Assembly: GCA_002633005.1 (NCBI GenBank)
Contig: NMRA01000444.1
Span: 1-58,417 of the forward strand
Direction: 5' to 3'
DNA from: Phoronis australis
Taxonomy: Eukaryota > Animalia > Phoronida
Length of the DNA stretch: 58,417 nucleotides
Part shown: positions 28,401 to 38,754 of the stretch, piece by piece
How the letters are laid out: each line of letters opens with the position of its first letter
Numbering within the stretch: position 1 is the first letter of the stretch
The notes under the pieces: generated by a model
Seen by the model: the letters and a program-made list of their open reading frames with translations, nothing else
Databases searched by the model: none
What the model was told of the DNA's origin: nothing
Position numbers and translations under genes: made by a program

Positions 28401-31400
28401 CGAAAATTGAACAAAGTTTCTGTTTTGTAGCAACGTTTGTCAAAATGTATCAAGTTAAATCTTCACAAATTACATTGAACATGCCTTTCAGTTCAGCAAT
28501 AGTCGCCATGTTGTCGGTGCCGCCAGAAATGAGACAAAGTCCAACGGTAATTGTGAGTTCATTTATCACTTAATGAGTAACAACTGCGAGGCTGAAATTT
28601 GGTGAACACTGTTAAATCGTGCAGAATAGTGAGTAAAGATATGTCTAACTAAATTTCACCGTAATTTGTTGGCGAAAACAATTTACACAAAGTTTTAAAC
28701 TCGTAACTTTTCCCGCTGTCCTCCAATATGGCCGACGCGATCCAAACAAAGTGACCCAAATTTCGCCACAAAACTTGAAATAACTTTCCACTGCTTGCCC
28801 CAATTTTGATACTTTTTCGATTTTTACTGAGTAGAATGTACTACGTTTCCGATGATAGCAAAGTATTTTTTTAAAACGAGAAAAAAATAAAACCGAAAAT
28901 AGATTGGTTCGACTCATATTGGTTCCTAGGTTCGACCGGCCTACGTAAGGAACTAACAACCAATGCTATTTTTACAGACTAAGTACGCGTAACATTCCAA
29001 AAAAATCAACGACTACTAAAGTCTACAAACTATAAATACACTACACATGCAAACGAATCACGAGATATTACTAATAAAACAAAATAATGAGGACTTTTCG
29101 AGCAAGCCATAGCACATTCAGTTACAAGGAAAAAATAGCGGCGTTCAGGACAAGTTCCTGAACTGATGAGCCGGAAATGTGGGTACGGAAATAACCAATG
29201 ACAGCCGGTAATTATGCGGTCACAGAGAAGGGTCAAATACTGTTAAAAACCGCTGTTGGCAAGAAAGACGAAAAGAATATAAAGAAAGGGTGTAGAAAAT
29301 AAGAATTTATGTAGTAAGTATTTTTTGGTACTGGAACCACAAGGGCAGTTTGAGAGCAGGACTTTAAAGTTATGCTGAGCTCTGCTTTGTCCAATTAAGA
29401 ACCGCAAATTGCTACGTGAAATAAAATGCGCATCCAGCTTTGGAATAAGTCAAAAACAAAAGATATCCTCTCCAATCCCAGGATGAACAACAGTAAATAA
29501 AAATTGTCAATCTGCCGTATTTCACGCTTCCATTTTTGTCAGAGACGTAAAATGAAGCCAGTCTCCATTACGTTAAGCATGGTGTCTTAAGCTTATAGTC
29601 TAATTCACATAAGAGCTCCCAATATTGCTTTAAATCTCAACCAGAGGACTTTTTCGAGATTAATACACAGGCGGCGCATCATAGGCTGTTGGGGGGATAT
29701 AGGCCCCCACTTTTTTCAGTGCTTTACCGCCTATGTACTCGTGGAAAAATTCAGTAATGTGTATAGGTTGTGTGTAGGCTCAATGGGGCAGACTGGGTAA
29801 GATTTCGTACTTTCATGTGCCCGTTCATCAAATGCTTTTAGAAATGTTCCATTTCTCCTCTCAGTTTCCAATCTTTAAGAAATTTAGATTGGGGCATCAG
29901 ATGAACGCCAAAATGTTATCCAGTTGTCAACGATAAAACAACTCTGTTATACAAATTATTTACATGTATGGTTAACGGCTGAATATGGCGGGTGAGTAGA
30001 ATATGAGCTTTTTAGGGGTGATTTTAGAATCACGATGTTTGCGTCTGCATACACGTGCACGCAAATTCTTCAACTGTAAATGAAGTGAATGGAAATGTCT
30101 TGATTAAAGGCCAGCAACACTGCAGGGTATAACAAGCACTCATGAACTCCTCGAACAACTCGAGAGGCAAGGAGTTATTAGATCTGGAGAGTACAGCAAT
30201 CTAATTGATATACTGGGCCTGCTCGATCTGAACGCTCTTAAGGATACAGTGGAAGGCCTATCACGTGAAATAAAAGCACAAGAAATGAGAGGTAATTTTG
30301 CCCTATTACTTGCAACCACTCAACTGTTATTAGTGACTAAAAGTATATGTTTTCTATGAGTTTACTTTGAGTGTCTTTATGGTTTCAATGCTATTGTAAC
30401 TGCAACGGCTGGTGAGTAAAACGAGCAATGATACTCGTTCTCCATGCCAAATTATAAGGCCATTGACAGCCCTTGATGTTAAGACCAGGGTCGACCTCGT
30501 CCGCCTGGTGCATGACAAACCTCCAATAAGAAATAACAATGGTTTAACTCCTGAATGATTTCGTGTATTTCTGACGTGGCCATGATTAATGTAAATGGTA
30601 AACGTCATTTTCTTTTGACAAAAATGGCCTCAAACCGACATTTCCCGTGGCTCACTAGTTTAAAGTCCTTCTCTCACGCGTTGTTAACCCTTGTTACATG
30701 GTTAGATGATATTATAAGGATCCAAGAAGTACTTACCCCGTAACTAACACACAATCCGTACTCGAAACAAGTTTAAATGAACGCGCCACTCACGATTCGC
30801 ACCCGAAGAACACACCGCCATTTTGAGCTTGCCGCGAACCCGGAAGTTCAAATCATTCAGGAAACCAGGCCGAGAAAACGCCGTCAGTGCGACTGGAGCA
30901 GTGCCTGTACTGTTACCAGCCAGTAAGCGGGGATAAAATAATCGACTGCGCGCCTTAATTTTATTAAAATCAAAGTACGGACAATTTCATCGAATTTGCT
31001 GAAGAAATGTGGCTAAAAATTTTTGACAGAAATTATTTTGCCAGACTCGGGAGAGCAGCCTATCGGACCCGGTGCGGATCGAGATCAGACACTGGCGAAC
31101 GGTAAATGCCTGCGGTTGCAAGCTGTTTTGTCGAAGAAAAATGGTCAAATAATAAATGCTGCATGTATTCAAGGGTAGTTTCAGACACTTGCATGAAATT
31201 ACGGGCTGGTTAGTCTTGTGTCACACTGCCGCGGCAGACCTTAGTTAGCCTCAATCACCAGCTACCAGTGAAGACTATCATCAAAATACAGCTTGTTAGT
31301 AGGCCTATACAGCTTTGCACCAAGACTACCCTGGTCACTGGCCACAGCGCTCGCTCAAACAAGGTTTATTTAGAAATTGGGTACTTCTGGCGAACTGTGC

Positions 31401-33928
31401 AAAGTTGTTGGCTTTCAACAGAGATTTTCCCAGACTTTGTATGAGCGCACCAAGCCTAAAAGAATGGGGGGGGGGGTGGAATTTTGGAAATGTCTATCTT
31501 TTACTATAAGATTCAGTGGGTATGTTCAGAGATAGGAATTGCAGACTCTAAATTTTGGTACTTCCTGTCTTCTAGTGGAATATTGTCTCATTTCTTACTT
31601 TTTTTCGGAATTCGTGCTTCTGTGACTGAGGCCGACCTTTCACCGAGTTCTACAAAAAGGGTGCTCGTTCGAGCACGTAAGTATGACCAGTCCAATACAA
31701 CATTTTATCACTTTTTATTCATTAAGCCAAAATGATTCAAACTTTTAACATAATAAGTAACTTAAAATGTACAATACTTTACAACATTAAGCATTACAAA
31801 CACTATTCAACAGCAACAGTTTCCATGATATGAAAGTGGACATACATGTAACTATTACCATGGTGACGGAATAGTGTTTCCTTTCACCAGAATTTGACAA
31901 GCATCATTTAAAAGTATGAAGTTGCAAGGAACAAGAATTGGAGGCTTGAAGCTTCACAATCCAACAGAGCTTATTTCTCAAATTAAGATTATTCATATTG
32001 TTGACTTGATAACCTGAATTAAGAAGCAATAAGTTACAAAACATGACTTCAAAGCAATTGAGACTTAAAATTTTGAAAAATATGAATCATTTTGTGGCAC
32101 CGAATCAAGTCTTCCACAGCAGTTGACAGTCAAACAAAAAACAATTTCAAAATTATTTCAACTATTTTTTTAGCTTAGTTTAACATCACCTGAATTGGAA
32201 ATTTACAGTAAAATAATTCGAATATATCCTATATTTTTTGCACAAAAAACTCGAAAATTGAACAAAGTTTCATTTTTAGCAACGTTTGTCAAAATGTATC
32301 AACGTTAAATATTCACAAATTACAAAGTAGCCGATTGAACATGCCTTTTAGTTCAGCAAATCGCCATGTTGTCGGTGCAACGAGAAATGAGACGAAGTCC
32401 AACGGGAATAGTGAACACATTTATCACTTAATGAGTAACAAGTGCGAGGCTGAAATTTGGTGAACACTGTTAAATCGTGCAGAATAGTAAGTAAAGATAA
32501 ATCTAACAAAAGTTCACCGTAATTTGTTGGCGAAAACAAGTTACACAAAGTTTTAAACTCGTAACTTATTCCGCTGTCCTCCAATATGGCCGACGCGATC
32601 CAAACAAAGTGACCCAAATTTCGCCACAAAACTTGCAATAACTTTACACTGCGTTCCCCGATTTTGATATTTTTTCGATTTTTACTGAGTAGATTGATGA
32701 TAGCAAAGTACTTTTTCAAAACGAGAAAAAAATAAAACCGAAAAAAATTGGTTCGACCCATATTGGTTCCCAGGTTCGACCGGTCTACGTAAGGAACTAA
32801 ACACCAATGCTATTTTAACATACTAAGTACGCGTAACATTCCAAAAAAATCAACGACCACTAACTACAAACTATAAATACACTACATCAGCAAACGAATC
32901 ACGAGATATTACTAATAAAACAAAATAATGAAGACTTTTCGAGCAAGCCATAGCACATTCAGTTACAAGGAAACTATGGGGGCGTTCAGGACAAGTTCCT
33001 GAACTGATGAGCCGGAAATGTGGGTACGGAAATAACCGATGACAGCCGGTAATTATGCGCTCACAGAGAAGGGTTAAATACTGTTAAAAAATCGCTTTTG
33101 GCAAGAAAGGCGGAAAGAATATAAAGAAAGGGTGTCGAATATAAGATTTTATGTGGTAGGTATTTTCGGATACTGGAACCACATGGGCAGTTTGAGAGAA
33201 GGACTTTAAGCTTGCCTTGTCAATCAGGACCAGTCCAGATTATCGCAGTCACTGTTTTTAAGCAAGAGGTGGATAAAACTCATCTGAAATAGTCACCTAT
33301 AACTTTACTAAATGGTTTTGCCCTCCTTGCAGTTAGAAACCAGGACAGTCTCAATATTTGGGTTATGCATTCGGGACATAGTAAGAACAACTGGACAATG
33401 TATAGACAATACATAACAACACGATGGACCCAGTGCCCTGTTAAATTGGCAAAACGTACACTATTGAGAAACTGTTCAAGACGCTTTTAGAATAAAAATA
33501 GCTGTTCGTAAGTCCACACAGTCAAGTGGGCTTTTTGGAACGTCTTTGATCTCGTGTACAAATTATACAAATTAGCAACGAAATATACCCCTAACCAAAT
33601 CCGGACTTATCTGTTGGGGCGGACATAACACACCCAATACTATGTCTATCCGAATGTAGGCGTGGCATAATTGTACTGCCATAACCAATTGCCACCAGTC
33701 ATCAATTCCATGCCCACACAGGTTGTCAATCAGCCACCTTTCTCTTGCCATTATTTTTGTCTATATGTTGACAATTCGCGCACCATACACATAATCAAAT
33801 CAGCGATCACATTGTCAACATACGTTATACGGTGTAGACCTCTCAATTTATTAACAGGACCACCGGATGAGGCAGTCGAGTCCCACAGCCAGAAGTTAGA
33901 GGAGGATACTGAAAGAGTCATTACGTAA
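907..33928 (+). CDS. Multi-exon gene, 5'-partial: ankyrin repeats - ZU5-like - possible UPA-like - DED protein. Exons 907-999, 1567-1665, 2224-2322, 2469-2567, 3097-3198, 12209-12265, 13951-14089, 17900(or 17921)-18759, 19746-19800, 26677-26788, 30110-30291, possibly 33333-33380, 33858-33924/33928
   Basis: All exons are AG/GT-flanked, and intron phases chain without a stop (0,0,0,0,0,0,1,0,1,2,1). Translations give ankyrin consensus, ZU5-like and DED-like sequence. No start codon in the window; 3' end unresolved. Confidence 0.8.
1278..1345 (+). pseudogene. Decayed ankyrin pseudo-exon (..[11 protein letters not shown]..)
   Basis: Upstream intron (atcgtccattcaac...tatattaaacag) is paralogous to the acceptor regions of the 1567 and 2224 exons. 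The GH-E-V-x-x-L remnant is out of frame with the acceptor and followed by a stop. Confidence 0.55.
1567..1665 (+). CDS. Ankyrin-repeat exon ([33 protein letters not shown])
   Basis: 99 nt, catag/gtaatt boundaries, canonical GxTPLHxAAxxGH. Confidence 0.95.
2224..2322 (+). CDS. Ankyrin-repeat exon ([33 protein letters not shown])
   Basis: 99 nt, catag/gtaatt boundaries, ankyrin consensus. Confidence 0.95.
2469..2567 (+). CDS. Ankyrin-repeat exon ([33 protein letters not shown])
   Basis: 99 nt, ccatag/gtaatt boundaries, ankyrin consensus. Confidence 0.95.
3097..3198 (+). CDS. Ankyrin-repeat exon ([34 protein letters not shown])
   Basis: 102 nt, tgtag/gtatct boundaries, ankyrin consensus. Confidence 0.95.
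4714..6778 (+). mobile_element. Decayed about 2.07-kb DNA transposon with about 66-bp TIRs (CACGGTG termini), 6-bp TSD AAGTGA and a THAP-like coding relic
   Basis: 4714-4779 is the reverse complement of 6713-6778 (8 mismatches). AAGTGA lies at 4708-4713 and 6779-6784. Relic peptides ILDCK..SLRIFP..W and GAFPTLF (5280-5546) and [15 protein letters not shown] (about 5824-5868). Confidence 0.85.
8007..8100 (+). pseudogene. Decayed ankyrin pseudo-exon ([21 protein letters not shown] / frameshift / KGVGVTFVN)
   Basis: Ankyrin-like translation, 94 nt, intact cag|gtaaaa donor, acceptor AG lost (ttcttgt), internal frameshift. Confidence 0.7.
12209..12265 (+). CDS. Ankyrin C-capping exon ([19 protein letters not shown])
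   Basis: ttttgcag/gtatga boundaries, phase 0-0, typical terminal GxTAxD motif. Confidence 0.85.
13951..14089 (+). CDS. Low-complexity linker exon ([21 protein letters not shown]...DESG)
   Basis: ttaccag acceptor and g|gtcagt donor; phase 0-1 is needed to join the ZU5 exon. Confidence 0.7.
14282..14509. mobile_element. MITE with perfect 50-bp inverted repeats
   Basis: 14282-14331 is the exact reverse complement of 14460-14509. Confidence 0.85.
15660..15710. repeat. TACATG/TACATT hexamer microsatellite
   Basis: Direct tandem repeat. Confidence 0.85.
17900..18759 (+). CDS. Large exon encoding a ZU5-like domain plus a beta-rich (possible UPA-like) domain
   Basis: Only long real ORF in the window. 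[25 protein letters not shown] and LSKPVEVRV match ZU5 hallmarks. Phase-1 acceptors at 17900 or 17921; cat|gtaagt donor. Confidence 0.8.
19746..19800 (+). CDS. Short linker exon ([18 protein letters not shown])
   Basis: tatag acceptor and g|gtaaga donor; phase 0-1 bridges the ZU5 exon to the DED exon. Confidence 0.7.
20301..20450. mobile_element. About 150-bp MITE (TIR CGTTCAGTAA..), copy 1
   Basis: Imperfect terminal inverted repeats; homologous to 23444-23594. Confidence 0.65.
21831..22418. repeat. Cluster of (TA)n/(CA)n microsatellites (about 21831-21868, 22098-22153, 22321-22357, 22380-22418)
   Basis: Direct observation. Confidence 0.95.
22462..23364. mobile_element. About 0.9-kb non-autonomous hAT-like element
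   Basis: Ends gaggcggacttagg...cctagatcctccactg resemble the CAGTGGCGGATCTAGG termini seen elsewhere in the window. Internal 22683-22780 is homologous (inverted) to 58279-58372. Confidence 0.5.
23444..23594. mobile_element. About 150-bp MITE, copy 2
   Basis: cgttcagta...tactgaacg inverted ends; homologous to 20301-20450. Confidence 0.65.
23862..25099. mobile_element. About 1.24-kb non-autonomous TIR element; core about 24159-24830 shared with 56119-56825
   Basis: TAGCC..GGCTA ends; internal inverted pair tgtgacgtcacgggaagtagggcaaaa (24021) and ttttgccccttttccggtgacgtcaca (about 25034-25060); long dispersed homology. Confidence 0.65.
26677..26788 (+). CDS. DED exon 1 ([38 protein letters not shown])
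   Basis: ttctcag/gtaaga boundaries, phase 1-2; matches the DED helix 1-2 pattern LLxxISxxLxxxDxxxLKxxC. Confidence 0.85.
26859..29363 (+). mobile_element. 2.5-kb non-autonomous Kolobok-like DNA transposon, copy 1
   Basis: TTAA on both sides, AG...CT termini, 13-bp perfect TIR AGTCCTGCTCTCA; end-to-end homologous to 30664-33205. Confidence 0.85.
30110..30291 (+). CDS. DED exon 2 ([60 protein letters not shown])
   Basis: taaag acceptor and g|gtaatt donor; phase 2-1 joins DED exon 1 in frame; matches DED helices 3-6. Confidence 0.85.
30664..33205 (+). mobile_element. 2.5-kb non-autonomous Kolobok-like DNA transposon, copy 2
   Basis: TTAA TSD, TIR AGTCCTTCTCTCA...TGAGAGAAGGACT, same orientation as copy 1, unrelated flanks. 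Confidence 0.85.
33333..33380 (+). CDS. Possible small phase 1-1 exon ([16 protein letters not shown])
   Basis: ccttgcag acceptor and gtaaga donor, frame-preserving; no homology support. Confidence 0.3.
33858..33928 (+). CDS. Post-DED exon ([22 protein letters not shown]); ends at TAA or at a gtaaga donor after 33924
   Basis: ttaacag acceptor, phase 1 compatible with the previous exon, coding-like composition. Confidence 0.6.
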
Positions 33929-34340
33929 GAAATACAACATAGATTTAGGTCTCAACAATGAGATTGATAACCGAAAAAACCATCATGCATTCCACTACTG
34001 GCATCACCTTTTGCTAAACGTGTTCCAGTTGTGTATATAGCATGTAGGTTCAGTGGGATTCTTTGGGTTATGTAAAACAATGAACATTGTATTAAACAAA
34101 ATTTGGATTCTCAGGACTTTGTCTTCTTACACGACTGAGCATTTTTATTTCATGATATTAAAAAAACTGTCAGTTGCCCTCATAGATTCCATCGTTTTAA
34201 ATAATTTTGATTGGGACACTGTAAGTAGTCTAAAAAATATACTGTCTTTTATTTTAATTGGACTGCCATTGAATACTAAGTACACGTAACCTGAATGGTG
34301 AAGGTCAAAACAACCTTTTAGATAAGGTTTAAGAATCTAT

Positions 34341-35829
34341 CAGCCGATTTGATAAAGGTGGTTTAAAGTTAAACCTGTTTTAAACTGGACTTAGACCAGG
34401 TTTAAAGATAATCTGCATTTCACAAAGGTGATTTAACTTTTAGACCAGTGGTCTAGTAAAACCTGGTTTAACTCAAGTTTAGACCTGGCCTAAGTTAGTT
34501 TTCATTTCACCAACGAAGTATACATGTATATAACTTAGACCTGTATTAAGATCTTAAACCAGGTTGAACTTTAGGCTTGGTTAGACCCAGGTTTAATACT
34601 ATTGAATATGGCAGACTTGTACGATATTGGTGCAAATGAATGATGATGTGGTGTATATTTACGACGCAGTTTTAGAGCGAGAGCGGACAATTTTCAATAT
34701 TTAGTTTTAGGACGACACAAGATCAAACGTAACAGGGAGGAGCAAGTGTTTTTAAAAGGGGAGGGGGTCGGATCAAGGATTTTTAAAAGGAGGATCTGGG
34801 TAAAGGATTTGAAAATTATAGATTTGATATCAATAAAATCAAGGGAAAAAGGGGTCCGAACCCCTTGAATCCCTAAATTCGCCTCAGAATAGAACGGTTC
34901 GAGCAGAGCGTCATCGTCGCAAGCGCTACACGTATGACTATAAAGGCATATAATGATTATTCTGACCGATTTGCATCTCATTTGGTTCCCAATTTAAGGT
35001 TGCCGGGCAGGGGTCCTGCCTCGATCAGTGACGGATTTAGAGGGGAGCAAGGGGGCCATGGCCACCTAAAATTTTCCCATTTTCCATTTGGCAGTTCGGG
35101 GGTACAAATGTCTGATGACAAAATCCTGGCTAATACTCTACCCTGGCCCATAACTCAAATTCCTGAATCCGCCCCTGTGCCCCCTTTGGCCCGCAAAAAA
35201 GTTAAATGACACGGAAATAAATGAGTGAATTTACTATGTTACGGGTATTCGAGAGCAAGTACTTTAATGTATGTATATGTGTTGGACACAGATAATAGAA
35301 AATGAAAAATATCTCCTCATGATATCCTAGATCCATTTTTCAGGGCAAATTTTTCACTGAGGAAATTTTCTTTCTGCCCTTCATTCTGGAGCATTATCTC
35401 TCCAAGCCTGCTGCTTACGTTGACTTGATTTGGTACAAATGTTCTTGTTGTTGACTATGACATTGGCTTTTTCTCTGATCAGTTATGATTGGAAACATTT
35501 TTTCTCTTGAGAAAAGCTTTTAGCCCTTTTTGCAAATGTTTGCACTGATTCTACAGCTGTGTGCCATTGTGTACCCACGTGATCAAGGTTTCATTGAAGC
35601 GCTTCAATAGTTTCTTTGTTGGGTTAATCTGGATCAACACAGTAGGGTGGCTTGGACACTTTAAATCTAGTTTTACTAAAACCACTTCATGGTCTAACAA
35701 AACCAGGCTTTCAGACTTTTAAACCATGTTGGTGAAATGCAAGTTAGGTCTAAAATTAGACCAGGTTTAGGAAGACCAGGTTTAAGTCTTAAACCTGGTT
35801 TAATTAAACCACCTTTATAAAATCGGCTG
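34341..35829 (-). mobile_element. PIF/Harbinger-type deletion derivative with a Myb/SANT ORF relic
   Basis: 26-bp TIR CAGCCGATTT(G/T)ATAAAGGTGGTTTAA with many subterminal AAACCTGGTTT/AGACCAGGTTT palindromes. Minus-strand relic KRAKSFSQEKK..LIREKANVI..RKQQAW (about 35400-35530). Confidence 0.8.
35026..35177 (+). mobile_element. About 150-bp hAT-like MITE nested in the Harbinger element
   Basis: CAGTGACGGATTTAG...AATCCGCCCCTG ends; homologous to 50147-50278 and 51998-52145. Confidence 0.75.
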
Positions 35830-38754
35830 AATATGTCCGATGAGTAGAATTTTATTGATTCAAATTTATAAAGGAAAATAAAATTTAATAATAGCGTTCT
35901 TATAATTTAACGTAGTTTGTATTATTTATAACTCTCTATTGATTCCACTGCAACGCCATTGCTAAAATGTAATCACTTTTAAGAATAAGGTTTATATTTG
36001 AACAGTAGTAATTGACAATGGCAATCATTTCTGTAAGACTTTAAGTATTTTAACCTCAAACATTTGTCTTTTCGCGCTTTTGACATCAATTTTTGACAAT
36101 TCACCATGAAAGTCTTATGCAGATTTGAAAATTAAAATATTAAGTGATTTGTTTTCAAAAACCATTCACTTGGCAGATCTGCGTCGCGGGTTTCTTTGTG
36201 ATATTGTTGATTATCACTTGTTGAAGTGTACATTTATGTGATGTATTGCATTACGTGAATCAGACCTACACAAAACAAACTATCCGACAATTGTTTCGTT
36301 ATTCGGAAATCCATGGTTGTCTTCCAATTTTTGTTCCAGCCTTTTGTGACACAGTGCTACCCAGTTCCCAAACTTCTTTTCTGTCCGGAAGCACTTGACC
36401 CCAGGTGGCGTTGTAATTCAGTTCTGCGCGCACCAAGCACCCAGTGTATAAGCTATTGGTGACGACTATCACACCATAGGTCCGCATTACAATCAGCCGA
36501 AATAATAACACGAGAACTCGAGTACGACCTATGACCATGAATATACAAATTCCTTCTTTTAGTGCATAGTAAAATAATGCGGCCATATGTGGATTCCCCA
36601 CACATATTAAGGTTACTTACATGTACATTTTCGTAATAATGACACGGTTTGCGGAAATTTTGAACAGTCAGTAATCAGTTGCTCGGAGCAAGTATGCCAA
36701 ACTTATGTCAAATGGCTATATCAAGCGTGCCGATCGCTAGAAATTGGGTCGCAAAAGTTGTGTCCAAGTATCGAGCGTTTCGTCTACAGAACTGACATAA
36801 ACGTCTTTTGGTCATGTATTTTTATTGTAATCATCGTACTTCCAACACCAAACATATTCCTCTTGGCAATTGTAACTCTTAGTGCTACGTCTTTCACATA
36901 AGTTGGGTCAACTCTGGTTTTGTGATTTAACAGTTTTGCACTACAGATGATTTCATTTTTTTTTTCAGGTCCACCAGTGACATGACCACGAATTTTACAC
37001 CGTGTGAGCTAACCGTGTGCTCTGTAGTGGCAATTTTAGTTTTATGTAGTTTCCTCCGTCTCATAGGTGCTCTCTGATAGATCTCCATGAGTAGTGGAAG
37101 ATAGGTTTCTTTAAATAGACGGCGATGCTTTTCCATTTTCCGGCGGTTTTGACCATTTAGTGATATATGTATGCAGTGTATGTATCTCCCAAACAGCTAG
37201 AAAGGATCGTAATGACAATTGACAAGTGTGTCTGATAAGGAAAGCACGTCTGCTAGTTGGTTTTTTGCCCCGTTGATGTAATCTCTTTAACCTTGCCTGG
37301 AAGTTAGCATATTTGCTCTTTCGGAGCTGAAAACAGAAGGTGAGCTCTTTCACACCATCCGGACGTCTGATGTGGTCCGTACTTGTGTTATAATAGATTA
37401 ATGCCTTTTACATTTTCGAAATTTGTAAGTGTGTTTGTGTGAAATTTGTCAAGAATATTTCTACTAATGATACGTCAACACTTTTCCAGTTTTGGACGTA
37501 TTTGCGCCATTTCCTGATTATTGTTTATTATCCCCTCAAAGTTTAGTTTAAGTCAACAGATGTGTTCTTAATGAGATCGTAGCTATATATTTTTGGACGG
37601 CTTTGGCAGTTGTGGCTGTCTCTACTGGTTACTTTGGTGTTCACAGATGTACACGTATCTCCTTAAAGTCGGAATAAAAATTGCCAAATTCGTTTTAGAC
37701 ATGTGAAATATATGATCTCTTGTACAACACTGTTGTTTCGTTTATTCCATCCAAACACAAATTAATTTCAATTCTGATGCCCCTCTCCGTATCATCCTCT
37801 TCATCGGAAAATCTCCTCATTTTCTTGATCAATCAGCGACGATTAATATACTGACATCTTTGTGGGACCACGCCTTTCCACACTAACCACAGTCTAAACA
37901 GTTGAACGCCAGTTGCATCAGTCAATAATAATTACGTTGCCCAAGGAACGTTAACAGTTAGAAAGATCACCGGCTTTCGGGATATATGCATTGATAACGT
38001 AATCATGAACAAAAATAATGGTGCAAACATGTAAAGCACCCTTCAAACCCAACAAATTGAACATCAGCGTAGATGTGAGATTGCTATCAAGTCTGAGGGC
38101 GCTGAAGACATGCTATGACCGTCGTTTTTTAGTGCTTGGGTTGGCATTTCCACGTTTTGCGATAAAATTGAACCGCTCGTTTACAGAGAAAAACTTGTCA
38201 TTTACTAGTCAAAATCTTCTGCCAGGTACATCTACTGGCGCGCAAAAAGTGGATCTGAAGAGTTCCGCAATGCGATACTGTTGTAGAAATTGTTTGTGGA
38301 TAATCCGGACGTCTTGCAAGAACAATAAATATATTTCCACAACGGAGTTTGTTAAGCTCGTTGTTTTCAGAATTCGCTTAGAATATTGGGTTAATAACAT
38401 TTTACATTGGGTCAATAACCAGCGAACTGATTAATTTTAAGTCGCCAAAATACTCAATTTCTTGTTTCGTAGGCTGTTCGGGCAAAATATCTTTGAGCAA
38501 TCTCACCCATCTGCCACTCACATGCTGCCGAAAATGTATGGCGTGCTCCAGCGATTAATGTGTGTGAACTTTCGTGTGCACTCAACTTCCAAGCCGCACA
38601 TCAAAATAAAATGTTGACAGTCTGAAATAAAACCCGGCTTGGCTCCATGAAGGGCTTGAGTGGTCCATACACATGCACCCTGTCCTTAGCTACTCGAATG
38701 GATGTGCCGATGAGAGAACGCTGATTCAGCTTTTGCGTTGGCATCTAGCCTTTT

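Noticed and set aside
29142-29195. Hammerhead-like hairpin-CTGATGA-..GAAA in both Kolobok-like copies (also about 32984-33035)
   Set aside because: No proper stem II closing pair, NUH site or stem III
26859-33205. LTR retrotransposon or segmental duplication explanation for the 2.5-kb direct repeats
   Set aside because: Each copy has its own TIRs and TTAA, no TG..CA ends or PBS, and flanks are unrelated
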